DNA of 64,000 nucleotides from NCBI GenBank assembly GCA_963726745.1, contig CAVSDR010000005.1, positions 64,001 to 128,000 of the forward strand, given 5' to 3'. Source of the DNA: an uncultured Verrucomicrobiae bacterium. GTDB lineage: Bacteria; Verrucomicrobiota; Verrucomicrobiia; Chthoniobacterales; UBA10450. Below, one piece after another: positions 42,780 through 53,316 of the stretch (positions are counted from its first letter, which is position 1; each line of letters begins with the position of its first letter). Position numbers and translations under genes: made by a program. Below the pieces are notes generated by a model. The model did not search any database, was not told where the DNA came from, and worked only from the letters and a program-made list of their open reading frames with translations.

Positions 42780-45634
42780 CCGACGGTGTAAACCGCGAAC
42801 GGCAGCGTCGCCAAAGCGTCGGCTAATTTTAGCCGCCCGCCTTCCGCGGTGAGTTCGCGCCCGGTGAAAAGCTCGCGCGCCTGCTGCGCCGCGGCTGGCA
42901 GCTCCACCGCGGTTTCCTGCCAGGCCTCGCCGAGTGGCGGAAAACCAACCCGCGAACTCAAGCGCGGAACCACCACCACGATCCATTGCTGGCCCTCTTC
43001 GCGCGCAAAGGCGACGACCGACTCCGCGTGCGTGCCCATGACCTGGAGCGGCACGTAGCTGTGCGAACGGAAGAGCGCCGGATGCTCGCGCCGGAAATGC
43101 AGCAGCTTCTGGATGACGTAAAGCTTGATCCGACCATCGGGCCACGCGCCTAACAAGTCCTCGGGCGCGGCTTCCTTGACCTCCGCGAGCAGCTCACGGC
43201 GTTTCCCGTAATCGACCGGCCGGCGATTGTCGGGATCAACCAGCGAATCGTCCCAAAGCTCAGTCCCTTGGTAGATGTCCGGCACGCCCGGCGCGGTCAG
43301 TTTCAAGATCACCTGCGTGAGCGAATTCACCGCCCCGAGCTTCGCGATTTCCTCCGCCAGCGGCAGGAACGCGGGCACGAAACGGTTCTTCACGCCTGGC
43401 TCAAGAAGGCCGGCGATGAACTTCTTCACCGCCTCGTTCCACTCCTCGTTAGGCTGGATCCAACTGGTGTTCACCTTGGCCTCGTTCATCGCCTTGGCCA
43501 TGTAAGCCTGGATGCGCTCGATGTATTCCGCGCTCGCTTCCGTGACCGGTTTGCCTAACGAGTCCACCGGCCAGGTGCCGAGGATCGTCTGGTAAAGGAG
43601 GTATTCCTCGTTCGCGTCGGGCGCGTCCGCTTCGTCGATCTTGGTCTTGTGCCGGCGATTGATCGTGCGCCAGCGCTGCAGGTGCGTGCGCCATTTATCC
43701 GGCACCTCGGAGAGCGCGATCATGCGCGCGCGCACGTCCTCGCTGCGCTTGGTGTCGTGCGTCGAGGTGGTGTTCATCGTCGAGGGCCAGTGCTCCGCGT
43801 AATGCCGGAGCTCCTCGTGGAATTTCTCCGGGGTGATCCCGAAGACCTGCGGCTCGCCGCCGACTTCGTTCAGCGCGGCCAGGCGGTTGAAGAGATAAAA
43901 CGCCGTGTCTTCCAAGCCCTTGGCCATGATCGGCCCGGTGGCCTGCTGGAACTTGAGCACGAAGTGCACGTGCGCGGCGCGCGCTTCGTCATCGAGATTC
44001 TCCGGGAAACGGAACGAGAGAATGTCGCGCAGGAAGTTGAAGACCGAGCCTTCGATGCCGGGGTTGCGCCGCTTGGCCGAGGCGATCGCGCGCTCGATCA
44101 CCGCGAGGTCTTCGTCGCTCACTTTTCCCTCGGGCGTGACGTAGGTCCGGTAGACCGGGAAGCAGGCGATCGTCTCGCGCACCGCGAGGCTGAGCTGGTC
44201 GAGCGTAAAGTCGCGGAACCAGCGGTTCTGTTCCGAAAGGCGGTCGAGTAAATTACCCAGCACTTTGACGTCGTTCGAAAGCGAAAGGCGCATGACCAGC
44301 CGCTTCTTCGCGTAAACCAGGTGCCCGAGGTGCATCGAGTGCCCGAGGAATTTCCGGAAGGTTTTCGTGATCGCCTGCTCCGCGCTCGGGTCGCACAGGA
44401 GGCTGTTCACGATCCGGCCAAAGTCGTAGCCAGTGGTGCCGTGCACCGGCCAATCGGTCGGCAAACGCTCCGGGCCGGAGAGGATTTTTTCGACCACGAG
44501 GTAAAGCGCGCGTCCGTCTTCCGGCAGCGCAATCCCGAGCGCCTCCGCGGAGCGCTGCTGCAGCTTCGCGAAATATTCCTTCGGCAGGTAAAGGCCGTCC
44601 GGGTGATCGATCCGCAAGCCGGTGACCGCCCCTTCCTTGACCAGCTCGAGCACGAGCTGGTGAGTCGCATCGAACACTTCCGGGAGCTCCATCCGGATGG
44701 CCGCGAGATCGTTGATGTCGAAGAAGCGGCGGTAGTTGATCTCCTCCGCGGCCACGCGCCAGAAGGCGAGCCGGTAAGCCTGGTCGTTCAGGAGCTCATC
44801 GAGCGCGTCAAAACTGCGGGCCTCGCCGGGTGTGCCGTTGATTTTAGCCAGCGCTTTCTCGATCGCCTCGCGCACGGGCGCGGCTTCGCTGCAACGCCGC
44901 TCGAGCCGGCGTTTGACGATCTCTTTTTCGCGGGCGCGAATGGCCACGCGCTCGGGATCGGTCTCGCTCCGGCGCGGGAGATTCTCCAGCGCGGTGATGA
45001 TGCTCTGGAACTCGGCGTAAAAGATCTCCTCCTTGTGCGGCTCCAGCTCTTCGAGCGCGAGATTGAGCACGTGCCGGTAAGTGCCGGGCGCGATCGGGAA
45101 TTGGTTCTCGAAGTAATGGAGGAAAAACGCGCCGCTGTCGTACTTCACCTGGAGCTCACCGCGCTCGAGCACGCGTCCGTATTGGTCGCCCAAAATAGGC
45201 AGCAGGACCTTGTCCCAGAGGTCCTGCTTCAGCGGCTTCCAGTCGATGTCGAAAAAGGGCGCGTAGGTCGAGCTCGGGCCGTTCTCGAGCACATCCATCC
45301 ACCATTGATTGAGCGGCTCGCCCACGCCCATGTGGTTCGGCACGAAGTCGAGCACCTGGCCCATCCCGCGCTCGCGCAGCGCGTCCACGAAGGCGTCGTA
45401 TTCCGCGCGTGTGCCGATGGCGGCGTTGAGCTTGTTGTGATCGGTGATGTCGTAGCCGTGCAGGCTCTCCGCGCGCGCCTGGAAGTAGGGCGAGGCGTAG
45501 CAATCGCTGATCCCGAGCTCGTCGAGATAGGGCACGATTTCGCGCGCCTGGTTGAAGGTGAAATGCCGGTTGAATTGCAACCGGTAGGTCGAGGTCGGGA
45601 TGCGCGGGTGTTCGGGATTCACGGAAGTAGGCAT
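42776..45634 (-). CDS. treY: Malto-oligosyltrehalose synthase (GH13)
   Basis: [68 protein letters not shown]. Confidence 0.95.
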   Translation of the reverse strand: MPTSVNPEHPRIPTSTYRLQFNRHFTFNQAREIVPYLDELGISDCYASPYFQARAESLHGYDITDHNKLNAAIGTRAEYDAFVDALRERGMGQVLDFVPNHMGVGEPLNQWWMDVLENGPSSTYAPFFDIDWKPLKQDLWDKVLLPILGDQYGRVLERGELQVKYDSGAFFLHYFENQFPIAPGTYRHVLNLALEELEPHKEEIFYAEFQSIITALENLPRRSETDPERVAIRAREKEIVKRRLERRCSEAAPVREAIEKALAKINGTPGEARSFDALDELLNDQAYRLAFWRVAAEEINYRRFFDINDLAAIRMELPEVFDATHQLVLELVKEGAVTGLRIDHPDGLYLPKEYFAKLQQRSAEALGIALPEDGRALYLVVEKILSGPERLPTDWPVHGTTGYDFGRIVNSLLCDPSAEQAITKTFRKFLGHSMHLGHLVYAKKRLVMRLSLSNDVKVLGNLLDRLSEQNRWFRDFTLDQLSLAVRETIACFPVYRTYVTPEGKVSDEDLAVIERAIASAKRRNPGIEGSVFNFLRDILSFRFPENLDDEARAAHVHFVLKFQQATGPIMAKGLEDTAFYLFNRLAALNEVGGEPQVFGITPEKFHEELRHYAEHWPSTMNTTSTHDTKRSEDVRARMIALSEVPDKWRTHLQRWRTINRRHKTKIDEADAPDANEEYLLYQTILGTWPVDSLGKPVTEASAEYIERIQAYMAKAMNEAKVNTSWIQPNEEWNEAVKKFIAGLLEPGVKNRFVPAFLPLAEEIAKLGAVNSLTQVILKLTAPGVPDIYQGTELWDDSLVDPDNRRPVDYGKRRELLAEVKEAAPEDLLGAWPDGRIKLYVIQKLLHFRREHPALFRSHSYVPLQVMGTHAESVVAFAREEGQQWIVVVVPRLSSRVGFPPLGEAWQETAVELPAAAQQARELFTGRELTAEGGRLKLADALATLPFAVYTVG

Positions 45635-45720
45635 GGTAGCACAGCCAATCGAGCGCGGCGCGCCGGCTGCGCGCACGAAAACCTCGTCAGCCACCGTGCG
45701 CTCGGGTAAGATCGCGCACC

Positions 45721-47358
45721 ATGAGATGCTTCCGCGGTGGCGTGGTTCTTGGGCTGGCCGCCCTGGCCATGCCCTCGCTGGCAGCCGAGGAGCACGCGGG
45801 CCACAGCTCGTTAGGCAAAGTAGATTTCCCGGTCAGCTGTTCGCCGGCGGCGCAGGAGGAGTTCACCCACGCGGTCTCGCTGCTCCATCACATGACCTAT
45901 CCGCAGGCGCGCGCGGCGTTTCAGCAAGCGATGAAAACCGACCCGTCCTGCGCGTTGGCGCAATGGGGCTTCGCGATGACGCTCTTCCAGCCGCTTTGGC
46001 CCACGCGCCCCAGCCCGGCAGCGCTGCAAGCTGGCTGGGAAGCGGTGCAAAAAGCACAGACGCTGGACGCGCCCACGGCCCGCGAGCGCGCCTTCATCGC
46101 GGCGGCGGCGGCGTTCTTCGAGGAACCGCAGGCGGACGATTATTGGGCGCGCATCCGCCGTTGGGAAGCAGCCATGGCGAAGGCCTACGCGGCCTTTCCG
46201 GAGGACGATGAAGTGGCTGCCTTTTATGCGCTGGCCCACCTGGCGACGGCGCCGGCCGACACCATCTCGCGCGAGCATGCCGATCGCGCGGCCGCGATTC
46301 TCCTGCGGCTCTACAGGAAGAATCCCGAGCATCCCGGCGCGATGCATTACCTGGTGCACGCAAACGACGTGCCCGGCCGCGAACGCGAGTCGCTCGAGAT
46401 CACGCGCCGCTACGAGTCGATCGCGCCCAACAACCCGCACGCGCTCCACATGCCCACGCATATCTACACGCGGCTGGGCGATTGGGACGGGGTGGTGCGG
46501 GGCAACTTGAAGGCGGCGGAAGCGGCGCTGGCCCACCCGGCGGGCGAGCGCCAGGAGTATGTCTGGGACGAGTTTGCCCACGCGATCGAATACCTGGTCT
46601 ACGCCGATCTGCAGAAAGGCGACGATGCCGCCGCGGCCGCGCAATTAAATCGGCTGCACGGGACGCCGCAACTCGAGCCGAGCTTCAAGACGGCGTTCCA
46701 TCTCGCCTCGACCCGGACGCGTTATGCGCTGGAGCGCCGGGATTGGGCCGAGGCCGCAAAGCTGGCCGCGCGTGAGCCCGCCGCGCTGCCGTGGGATCGC
46801 TATCCCTGGGCGGAAGCGATCGCGCGTTTCGGGCATGGCCTGGGCGCGGCGCATCTGGGCGAACTCGACGCGGCCAAGGCCGACATCGCGCGCTTGCGAG
46901 CGCTCGAAGAGGTGGCGAAAGCATCCGGCGAGGAACTCTTCCAGCGGCACATTCGCGTGGCCCGCCTGGAACTGGAAGGCTGGAGCGCGCAGGTCGCCGG
47001 CGAAGGCGAGCGCAGCCTCGCGCTCCTCCGGGAAGCCGCCGAGCTGGAAAGCGCCACGCCGAAACATCCGGTCACGCCCGGCCCGACGCTCCCGGCACAC
47101 GAGTTGTTAGGCGACTTGCTCCTGGAACAGGGCGCGCCGGCCGCGGCGGCGGCGGCTTACCAGCGTTCGCTCGAGCTTTACCCGCGCCGCCTGAACAGCC
47201 TCCTCGGGGCCGCACGCGCCTCCGCCGCGGCCGGCGATGGCGCCGCCGCGCGGAAATTTTACCAGCAACTTGTGGCCCTCGCCGGCCAGGGCACGCGCCG
47301 CGCGCCGCTCGCAGAAGCGGAAAAATTTCTCGCCGCAGGCGAAACCGCGTCTCGTTAG
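45721..47358 (+). CDS. Secreted TPR-like helical protein
   Basis: Signal peptide, GKVDFPVSC, HPGAMHYLVH, PHALHMPTHIY. Ala-rich helical repeats. Confidence 0.7.
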   Translation: MRCFRGGVVLGLAALAMPSLAAEEHAGHSSLGKVDFPVSCSPAAQEEFTHAVSLLHHMTYPQARAAFQQAMKTDPSCALAQWGFAMTLFQPLWPTRPSPAALQAGWEAVQKAQTLDAPTARERAFIAAAAAFFEEPQADDYWARIRRWEAAMAKAYAAFPEDDEVAAFYALAHLATAPADTISREHADRAAAILLRLYRKNPEHPGAMHYLVHANDVPGRERESLEITRRYESIAPNNPHALHMPTHIYTRLGDWDGVVRGNLKAAEAALAHPAGERQEYVWDEFAHAIEYLVYADLQKGDDAAAAAQLNRLHGTPQLEPSFKTAFHLASTRTRYALERRDWAEAAKLAAREPAALPWDRYPWAEAIARFGHGLGAAHLGELDAAKADIARLRALEEVAKASGEELFQRHIRVARLELEGWSAQVAGEGERSLALLREAAELESATPKHPVTPGPTLPAHELLGDLLLEQGAPAAAAAAYQRSLELYPRRLNSLLGAARASAAAGDGAAARKFYQQLVALAGQGTRRAPLAEAEKFLAAGETASR

Positions 47359-50300
47359 CCGCGCGTGCGCGCCTTGCGCCAGCGAGCGACCAGAAGCAGC
47401 GCCGTGCCCGCGACCGCGAGGGCCGCGGGAGCGGGCTCGGGGACGAGGAGAGTGTTGGCGGCGGAAGCGTTGAAGCCGAAGGAATCGCCCACCGTGGTCG
47501 CGGTCAGCGAAAGCGAAAATTGGAGATCAAGGGTGCCGTTTACGCCGGTCCCGATCGCGCCCAGGTCGACGACGGTGCCGTCGAAAAACGAGATCGCGCT
47601 GCTGAGCGTGGTGAAGCTTTGGTCGACCACCACAAGGTTCTCGCGCAGGACCTGGAGCGTGAGCGAATGGAAGCCGCCGCCGGTGAATTGCGGCGCGAAA
47701 AATCCGAGCTTGAGCTGGTGCTGCGCCGGAAGCTGCGCGAGGTCGATCGAGAAAGTGATCTCGCTGGCAAAAGTACGCGGCGCTCCCGAGCCATCGGCGG
47801 GATAACCGCCCGCGAGGAATAACTGCGCCAGCGTATCGGCGCCGAAGGGCCCGCCCGCGGCAGTGGGCAGGCCGGTGGCAAAGGCCGCGGCTTCGAGCTG
47901 GTTTGCGAGCATCGGTGAAGGCGCTGGCTGCCCCACGGCGGCGCGCGCTTCGGTTTCGCTGGTGCTCCCGACCGGCGCGCTCGCCACTGCCTGGATGGTG
48001 GTGATGGCGCCGCCGCTCGAACTCGCGCTGGAACTCGAGGTGCCGCTGCTGCCGGTGGCGCTGGCGTGGGCCAGGGCGCTGCCGCCTAACGAGTCGTTCC
48101 GCCCGGCGCCGCCCGTGGCGGTGGCGCTGGCGCTCACCTGTCCCAGGCCGGTGGCGCTGGCCTTCGCCGTGGCCGTGCCGCCGGCGCCGCTCGTGGTCAT
48201 GCTCCCGCCGCGCAAGCCCCCGAGCCCGCCGGTGGCGGTGGCCTTCGCGAACACCGCGCTGGCCTGGCCGCTGGCGATCGCAGTGGAATGGGCGCTGCCG
48301 CCGTTCCCGCCGTGGCCGGTGCCATCGGAGATCGAACCGCCCGCGCCGCCTTGTGCCACATCCTCCGCGCTCGCGCTGCTCGCACCGAGCGCGGTCGCGC
48401 TGGAAGTGCTGGTGCCGCTGCCACCCGCGCCGGCCTGGCTGTTGCTCGCACCGGAGACCATTCCGCCGGCGCCGCCCAGACCCATGCCAAAGGCCTGGAC
48501 CGCCTGCCCGTCGCCGGACGTCTGCGCGGTTGCGCTGGCCTCCCCGTCGCCCCCGTTTCCGCTATCAGATCCCAGGAAGGCGTTCCCGCCACTCCCGCCG
48601 CGCGCATTTGCATCGGCTCGGGCTGCGCCGCCGCTGTTCACGGAACTGGTGGTGGCAGTGCCGTTGGCTCCGCGACGCGAACTGCCGAGCGCCGCGCTGC
48701 GCATTCCGCCCGCGCCGCCAACGGCGAAAGTCTGGAGGTGGAGCAACCCACTGGTGTTCTTCGACCGGTTTAACGTGCTCTCCGCGGTCCCGCCGAAGCC
48801 CGCCGCGCCGGCCAAGGCGGAGCCGCCATTGCCGCCGGCGGCGACCTGGCTCAGGAGCACCGGGCCGGTGCTGTCGCCATCGAGCGCGTTGTTAATCGAG
48901 GCGGCGGCTCCGTGGCCCGCGGAGCCCATGCCGGAGGTGACACTGCCGCCGGTGCCGCCGGTTTGCGTGCCGCTGAGGTTCAGGGACGCGCCGCCGGTGG
49001 AAGTGGCGCTCACATTGCCGAGGACGGCCGTCGCCCCATCTCCCGCGGATGGTCCGTCGACGGTGTTGCCGCCCGCGCCGCCGGTGGCGGTGACGATGCC
49101 GGAGAGGGAAGAAGCGTTGTTGCTGGAAAGGGCGAGCGCCGCGGTTGCGCCCGCGCCGTGGGAGCCCGCCACATCCTGGCCCTCGCCGCCCGCGCCGCCC
49201 AAAGCGCTGACTATTCCGGTGAGCATTCCGCCAGCTGAGTTCGAGGCGGTGAGCGTGGAACTGGCCGCGCCCGCCTCTCCGGCCACGCTGCCCGCGCCTC
49301 GCGCCGCACCGCCGTCTCCGCCGGTTGCACTTTGCGTGAGCTGCAAGGCGCCCGCAGTCGCGCCGCTGACGGCATTGTGGATCGTGCTGCTGGCGCCGTT
49401 GCCGGCGGTGGCGCCAAAGTAGGCCGCGCCGCCCGCGCCGCCGATTTGGTTCGCGCTCGCGCTGACGTTGCCGCCGCCATTGGAATTTCCGCTCGCGCTC
49501 GCGTTCGCGCTGCCGCCCTGCCCGCCAAAGGTGCCGCCCCCGGCCGCCTGGCCGCCGCGGCCGCCCTCTGCGGTATTCGCGACCGTGACGTTCCCGCTGC
49601 CGGCCGTGCTGCCGGTGCCGCCGGCGGTCGCCTGCCCGCCCGCGCCTCCGCTGCCCTGGCCAGTGTCGACTGCGGCTACGCCGCCGCCGGTGCCGCCGGT
49701 GGCCGTGGTGGAAAGGGAGGCGAGGTTGCCGTCGGCCGTGACGGTGCCGGTGACGACGGCCTCGCCGCCGCTGCCGCCATGAGTGGTCGTCGCGCCGGTC
49801 GCGATCGCGCCGCCCAAGCCGCCGGTCGCGAGACCGATGGCGGCAGCGGGATTGCTCGCGCCACTGGCCGTGGCCATCGCGCTGCTGCTGGCCTTCCCGC
49901 CGGCGCCGCCATGGCTGCCGCCAAATCCTTGGCCGCCCATGCCGCCGTATGCCTCCGCATTGGCGCGGGCCAGGCCGGCGTCGTTGGTCGAGTTGGCGAT
50001 TGCGGTCGCCTGGCCGGCGGCGCTTGCGGTGCCGGTGCCGGAATGGAGTGCGCCGCCGTTACCGGAAGTGGCGGCGGTGTTAATCGTGAGCCCGGCAAAG
50101 CCGCTCAAGCCCGTTTGGCTGCGCGTGAGCGAGCTAAACGCGTCGCCGGCAGCGCCCGCGGCGGAATACCCCGCGCCGCCGGAACCGCCGCCGACGGTTT
50201 GGTTGAGCGTGACGCTTCCGCCACTGGCCGCGTGGCCATCGATGGCGTCGACTAAATGGACCGACGCGCCCTTGCCGCCCACGCCGCCGGGCGAGATCGC

Positions 50301-51035
50301 GTGGCCGCCGTTGCCGCCCTGGGCGGAGAGAATCACCAGGGCCTGACCTTCGGCCGCGCTGGAAGTGGCGGCGATCTCGCCAAGCGTAATGCCTGCGCCA
50401 TCGCCGCCGATGCCGCCGGGCGAATTGAGATCGCCCAGGACAGAGCCCCCGTTGCCTCCGGCGAGGGTGACATTCACGAGCGCGTGGCCCGCGCTGTTCA
50501 ACGCCGTCGCGCTGGCGGTAGCCGCGCCGCCGTGACCGCCGTTGCCGTTGGTCCCGGCGAGACCGGGCGATGATGCGCCGGCGCCCCCGCCGCCGCCATG
50601 GCCGCCAGCGCCGCCCACGGACTGAACGGTCGCCTGGGCGCCGCCAGCAAATGCTCCGCTGGTGCTGGCCGTGCCCGAGGCGGTTCCGCCATTGGCGCCA
50701 TTTCCGCCCATGCCGCCCCCGCCGCTCGGCGGAATGCCGCTGCCGCCATTTCCTCCGTTCCCGCCTTTGCCGCCGAAGGCGGTCGCGGAATTGCTCGAGT
50801 CGGCGGGATTATTTGCGGTCGCGTTTGCGTCTCCGCCCGGGGTGCCCGGGCCGCCGGCCATGCCGGTGCCGGGTCCGCCCGCCGTTCCATCCATGCCCGG
50901 CGGGCCGGTATCCACTACATCCGCGGCTCGGGCCGGGAGCAAAAAAAAGGCGCTGGCGAGAACCAGCGCAAAGGCTTGAACCGGACGCAGCGACGAACCG
51001 CGCCGGGGGGAACCGACAAGCTTCCGTGACAGCAT
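47355..51035 (-). CDS. Giant Gly/Ala-rich repeat surface protein with PEP-CTERM sorting signal
   Basis: GGAGG RBS, signal peptide, dozens of GGxGGxGG motifs, C-terminal VPEP followed by a TM segment and RWRKARTRG. Confidence 0.8.
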   Translation of the reverse strand: MLSRKLVGSPRRGSSLRPVQAFALVLASAFFLLPARAADVVDTGPPGMDGTAGGPGTGMAGGPGTPGGDANATANNPADSSNSATAFGGKGGNGGNGGSGIPPSGGGGMGGNGANGGTASGTASTSGAFAGGAQATVQSVGGAGGHGGGGGAGASSPGLAGTNGNGGHGGAATASATALNSAGHALVNVTLAGGNGGSVLGDLNSPGGIGGDGAGITLGEIAATSSAAEGQALVILSAQGGNGGHAISPGGVGGKGASVHLVDAIDGHAASGGSVTLNQTVGGGSGGAGYSAAGAAGDAFSSLTRSQTGLSGFAGLTINTAATSGNGGALHSGTGTASAAGQATAIANSTNDAGLARANAEAYGGMGGQGFGGSHGGAGGKASSSAMATASGASNPAAAIGLATGGLGGAIATGATTTHGGSGGEAVVTGTVTADGNLASLSTTATGGTGGGVAAVDTGQGSGGAGGQATAGGTGSTAGSGNVTVANTAEGGRGGQAAGGGTFGGQGGSANASASGNSNGGGNVSASANQIGGAGGAAYFGATAGNGASSTIHNAVSGATAGALQLTQSATGGDGGAARGAGSVAGEAGAASSTLTASNSAGGMLTGIVSALGGAGGEGQDVAGSHGAGATAALALSSNNASSLSGIVTATGGAGGNTVDGPSAGDGATAVLGNVSATSTGGASLNLSGTQTGGTGGSVTSGMGSAGHGAAASINNALDGDSTGPVLLSQVAAGGNGGSALAGAAGFGGTAESTLNRSKNTSGLLHLQTFAVGGAGGMRSAALGSSRRGANGTATTSSVNSGGAARADANARGGSGGNAFLGSDSGNGGDGEASATAQTSGDGQAVQAFGMGLGGAGGMVSGASNSQAGAGGSGTSTSSATALGASSASAEDVAQGGAGGSISDGTGHGGNGGSAHSTAIASGQASAVFAKATATGGLGGLRGGSMTTSGAGGTATAKASATGLGQVSASATATGGAGRNDSLGGSALAHASATGSSGTSSSSASSSGGAITTIQAVASAPVGSTSETEARAAVGQPAPSPMLANQLEAAAFATGLPTAAGGPFGADTLAQLFLAGGYPADGSGAPRTFASEITFSIDLAQLPAQHQLKLGFFAPQFTGGGFHSLTLQVLRENLVVVDQSFTTLSSAISFFDGTVVDLGAIGTGVNGTLDLQFSLSLTATTVGDSFGFNASAANTLLVPEPAPAALAVAGTALLLVARWRKARTRG

Positions 51036-51141
51036 GATTGCCCTCCTGGTTTAGTGGCAGCCGGTTGCGATTTTAGGGAGCGCGCCGCGCGCTGGCAAGC
51101 CTCCGCTCGCTTTCTCCGGCGACGGCGGCTACTCCATCGGC

Positions 51142-51933
51142 ATGGCAATTGTCGGACGCGTGGCAAGCTTGTGGCGTTATCCTGTGAAGAGCATGCGCGG
51201 CGAGCAGATGCCGGAGCTTTTCGTGAGCTACGCCGGGGTTTACGGCGATCGCTTGTTCGCCTTCCTGAGCGCGGGAAATCCCGCCGGCTTTCCGTTCCTC
51301 ACCGGGCGCGATCAACCGCAGCTCCTGCGCTGTCGCGCGCGTTTCCGGCATCCGGAAAAAGCCGCGCGCCCGGTAAATCAACGCGCAGCCGAAGCGCTCT
51401 CGCCGATGATCAATCCGGTGACCGCAAGTGCAGCGGACTTGATGGTGGACGTAGAAACACCGGACGGGCAAACCTTCGCGATCGACGATCCGAAATTAGC
51501 CGACACTCTCTGCGCCGGGCTCGCGGAGAAGCACACGCTCACACTCCTGCGTTCCGACAAAGCGCTGACTGATTGCCGGCCGCTCTCGCTCTTCTCGCTT
51601 GGGACCGCGCGCCAGCTCGGCGACGAGGCCGGGATGGCGATCGATCCGCGCCGCTTCCGCGCGAATGTTTGCCTCGAGCTGGAGAGCGGCGCCGGCTTCG
51701 CTGAAGATCACTTCGTCGGCAAAAGCTTGCGCCTCGGGGCCAAGGTCATCGTCTCCGTGCTCGCGCGCGACGGCCGTTGCATGATGATCACGCTCGATCC
51801 CGATACCGCCGTGAAGACGCCGGCTATTTTAAAGCAAGTCGCGCAGGCGCACGAAGGCAAAGCCGGCGTCTACGGCGCCATCCTCGCCGAGGGCATCATC
51901 CGCCAGGGCGACCCGGTCGAGTTACTCGATTAA
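51142..51933 (+). CDS. MOSC domain protein
   Basis: LWRYPVKSMRGE, GDR, RRFRAN, RCMMIT, GVYGAI...IRQGD. Confidence 0.88.
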   Translation: MAIVGRVASLWRYPVKSMRGEQMPELFVSYAGVYGDRLFAFLSAGNPAGFPFLTGRDQPQLLRCRARFRHPEKAARPVNQRAAEALSPMINPVTASAADLMVDVETPDGQTFAIDDPKLADTLCAGLAEKHTLTLLRSDKALTDCRPLSLFSLGTARQLGDEAGMAIDPRRFRANVCLELESGAGFAEDHFVGKSLRLGAKVIVSVLARDGRCMMITLDPDTAVKTPAILKQVAQAHEGKAGVYGAILAEGIIRQGDPVELLD

Positions 51934-52298
51934 GCCGTCGCCTTGAGGCTTTCGCACTTCGCCTCATAGCGCTCGATCAAGGCAGTCAGCTTCGTCTGGA
52001 AGCCATCCTGCGCGCCGTAGACTTCGCCGATTGCATCGGAGAATTCCTTTTGCTTGAGCTCGTCCTCCACCTCGAGGGTCAAGCCGGCGAGCGTCTCGAT
52101 GTTGGCCCGCGAGTGGAACTCCATCTCCTTGAGCTTCGAGAGGACAGCGACGGATTTCTCCAGCTCGCCCGGAGCAGCCGCAGCCTGCGGGGCCTCTTCG
52201 GCGGCGTCGGTCTTAGCCTTCGGCTCCTCGGCGGCTTTCTCGTGTTCCTTTTCCTGGGCGACCTTCTTATCGTGCGCGACGTTTCGTGGATCTGACAT
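51930..52298 (-). CDS. Hypothetical charged helical protein (122 aa)
   Basis: ATG at 52298 preceded by GGAGAAGG, plausible codon usage. Confidence 0.6.
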   Translation of the reverse strand: MSDPRNVAHDKKVAQEKEHEKAAEEPKAKTDAAEEAPQAAAAPGELEKSVAVLSKLKEMEFHSRANIETLAGLTLEVEDELKQKEFSDAIGEVYGAQDGFQTKLTALIERYEAKCESLKATA

Positions 52299-52492
52299 CC
52301 TTCTCCATACACCGGTTAGCTCGCCCCCGCTTGGAAGAGTGGTCTGCCCGCGGGTGGGATCGCCGGGGCTTGTCGATTTCGATCGCCGCGCACGCACGCG
52401 AGGATCGAGGCCTTGCCGGAGACAAACTTGCGGTGTCTTCCGGCATTCCGCGGTGGACTTGTGAGCGGCGAACTTGCGTAATTCCACTTCAA

Positions 52493-53305
52493 ATGAGCAA
52501 TCCAAACAAAGCCCTCTGGGAGAAAGGCGACTTCACCCGCATCGCGGCGACCATGCGCGAGAGCGGGGCGGAATTGGTCCGGCGGATCGGGATCGGGAAA
52601 GGGGACAAAGTCCTCGAGCTCGGCTGCGGCGATGGCACCACCGCGATTCCCGCGGCGCAGCTCGGCGCGGAAGTTCTCGGCGTGGATATAGCCAGCAACC
52701 TGGTCGCCGCGGGCCACGCGCGCGCCGCCAAGCTGGGACTGGCAAATTGCCGCTTCCAGGAAGGCGATGCCTCGAAGCTCGACGGCCTGCCGGATGACAC
52801 CTTCGATTACGTCGTCAGCATCTTCGGCGCGATGTTCGCCCCGCGTCCGTTCGATGTCGCCAAGGAGATGGTCCGCGTAACCCGGCCCGGCGGGAAGATC
52901 GTCATGGGCAACTGGATTCCCGGCGACCCGACGTTGGTCGCGCAGATCCTTCGGATCAGCTCCGCCTACACCGCACCGCCGCCGGAAGGATTCGTTAGTC
53001 CGATGACCTGGGGCCTCGAGGAGCACGTGCGCGAGCGCTTTGCCGCGGCCGGCATCGCCCCGGAAAACATCTCCTTCATTCGCGAGTCGTTCACCTTCCG
53101 CTTCGACGGCCCGCCGGCCGGCTTGGTCGACGCCTTCAAGACCTACTACGGCCCAACGATGAACGCCTTCGAAGCCGCGGAAAAGAACGGCCGCGCCGCC
53201 GAGTTGCAGCGCGAGCTGGAGGAACTCTTCGTTAGCCAGAACCAGGCTAAGAATAATGCCACCGAAATCGCCGCCACTTTTCTACGAGTGACGGTGCAAC
53301 GGTAA
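52493..53305 (+). CDS. Class I SAM-dependent methyltransferase
   Basis: VLELGCGDG, GVDIA, EGDA, FDYVVSIFGAMFAP, VTRPGG. Confidence 0.88.
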   Translation: MSNPNKALWEKGDFTRIAATMRESGAELVRRIGIGKGDKVLELGCGDGTTAIPAAQLGAEVLGVDIASNLVAAGHARAAKLGLANCRFQEGDASKLDGLPDDTFDYVVSIFGAMFAPRPFDVAKEMVRVTRPGGKIVMGNWIPGDPTLVAQILRISSAYTAPPPEGFVSPMTWGLEEHVRERFAAAGIAPENISFIRESFTFRFDGPPAGLVDAFKTYYGPTMNAFEAAEKNGRAAELQRELEELFVSQNQAKNNATEIAATFLRVTVQR

Positions 53306-53316
53306 CGGCGGCCCCG

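Noticed and set aside
51055..51070. TGGCAGCCGGTTGC as a sigma54 promoter
   Set aside because: The GG-to-GC spacing is 9 nt rather than the required 10.
52300..52492. Hairpins upstream of the methyltransferase as a SAM riboswitch
   Set aside because: Imperfect stems are present (e.g. GCCGGAGACA...TGTCTTCCGGC) but I cannot match any riboswitch consensus. An Rfam/Infernal search would be needed.
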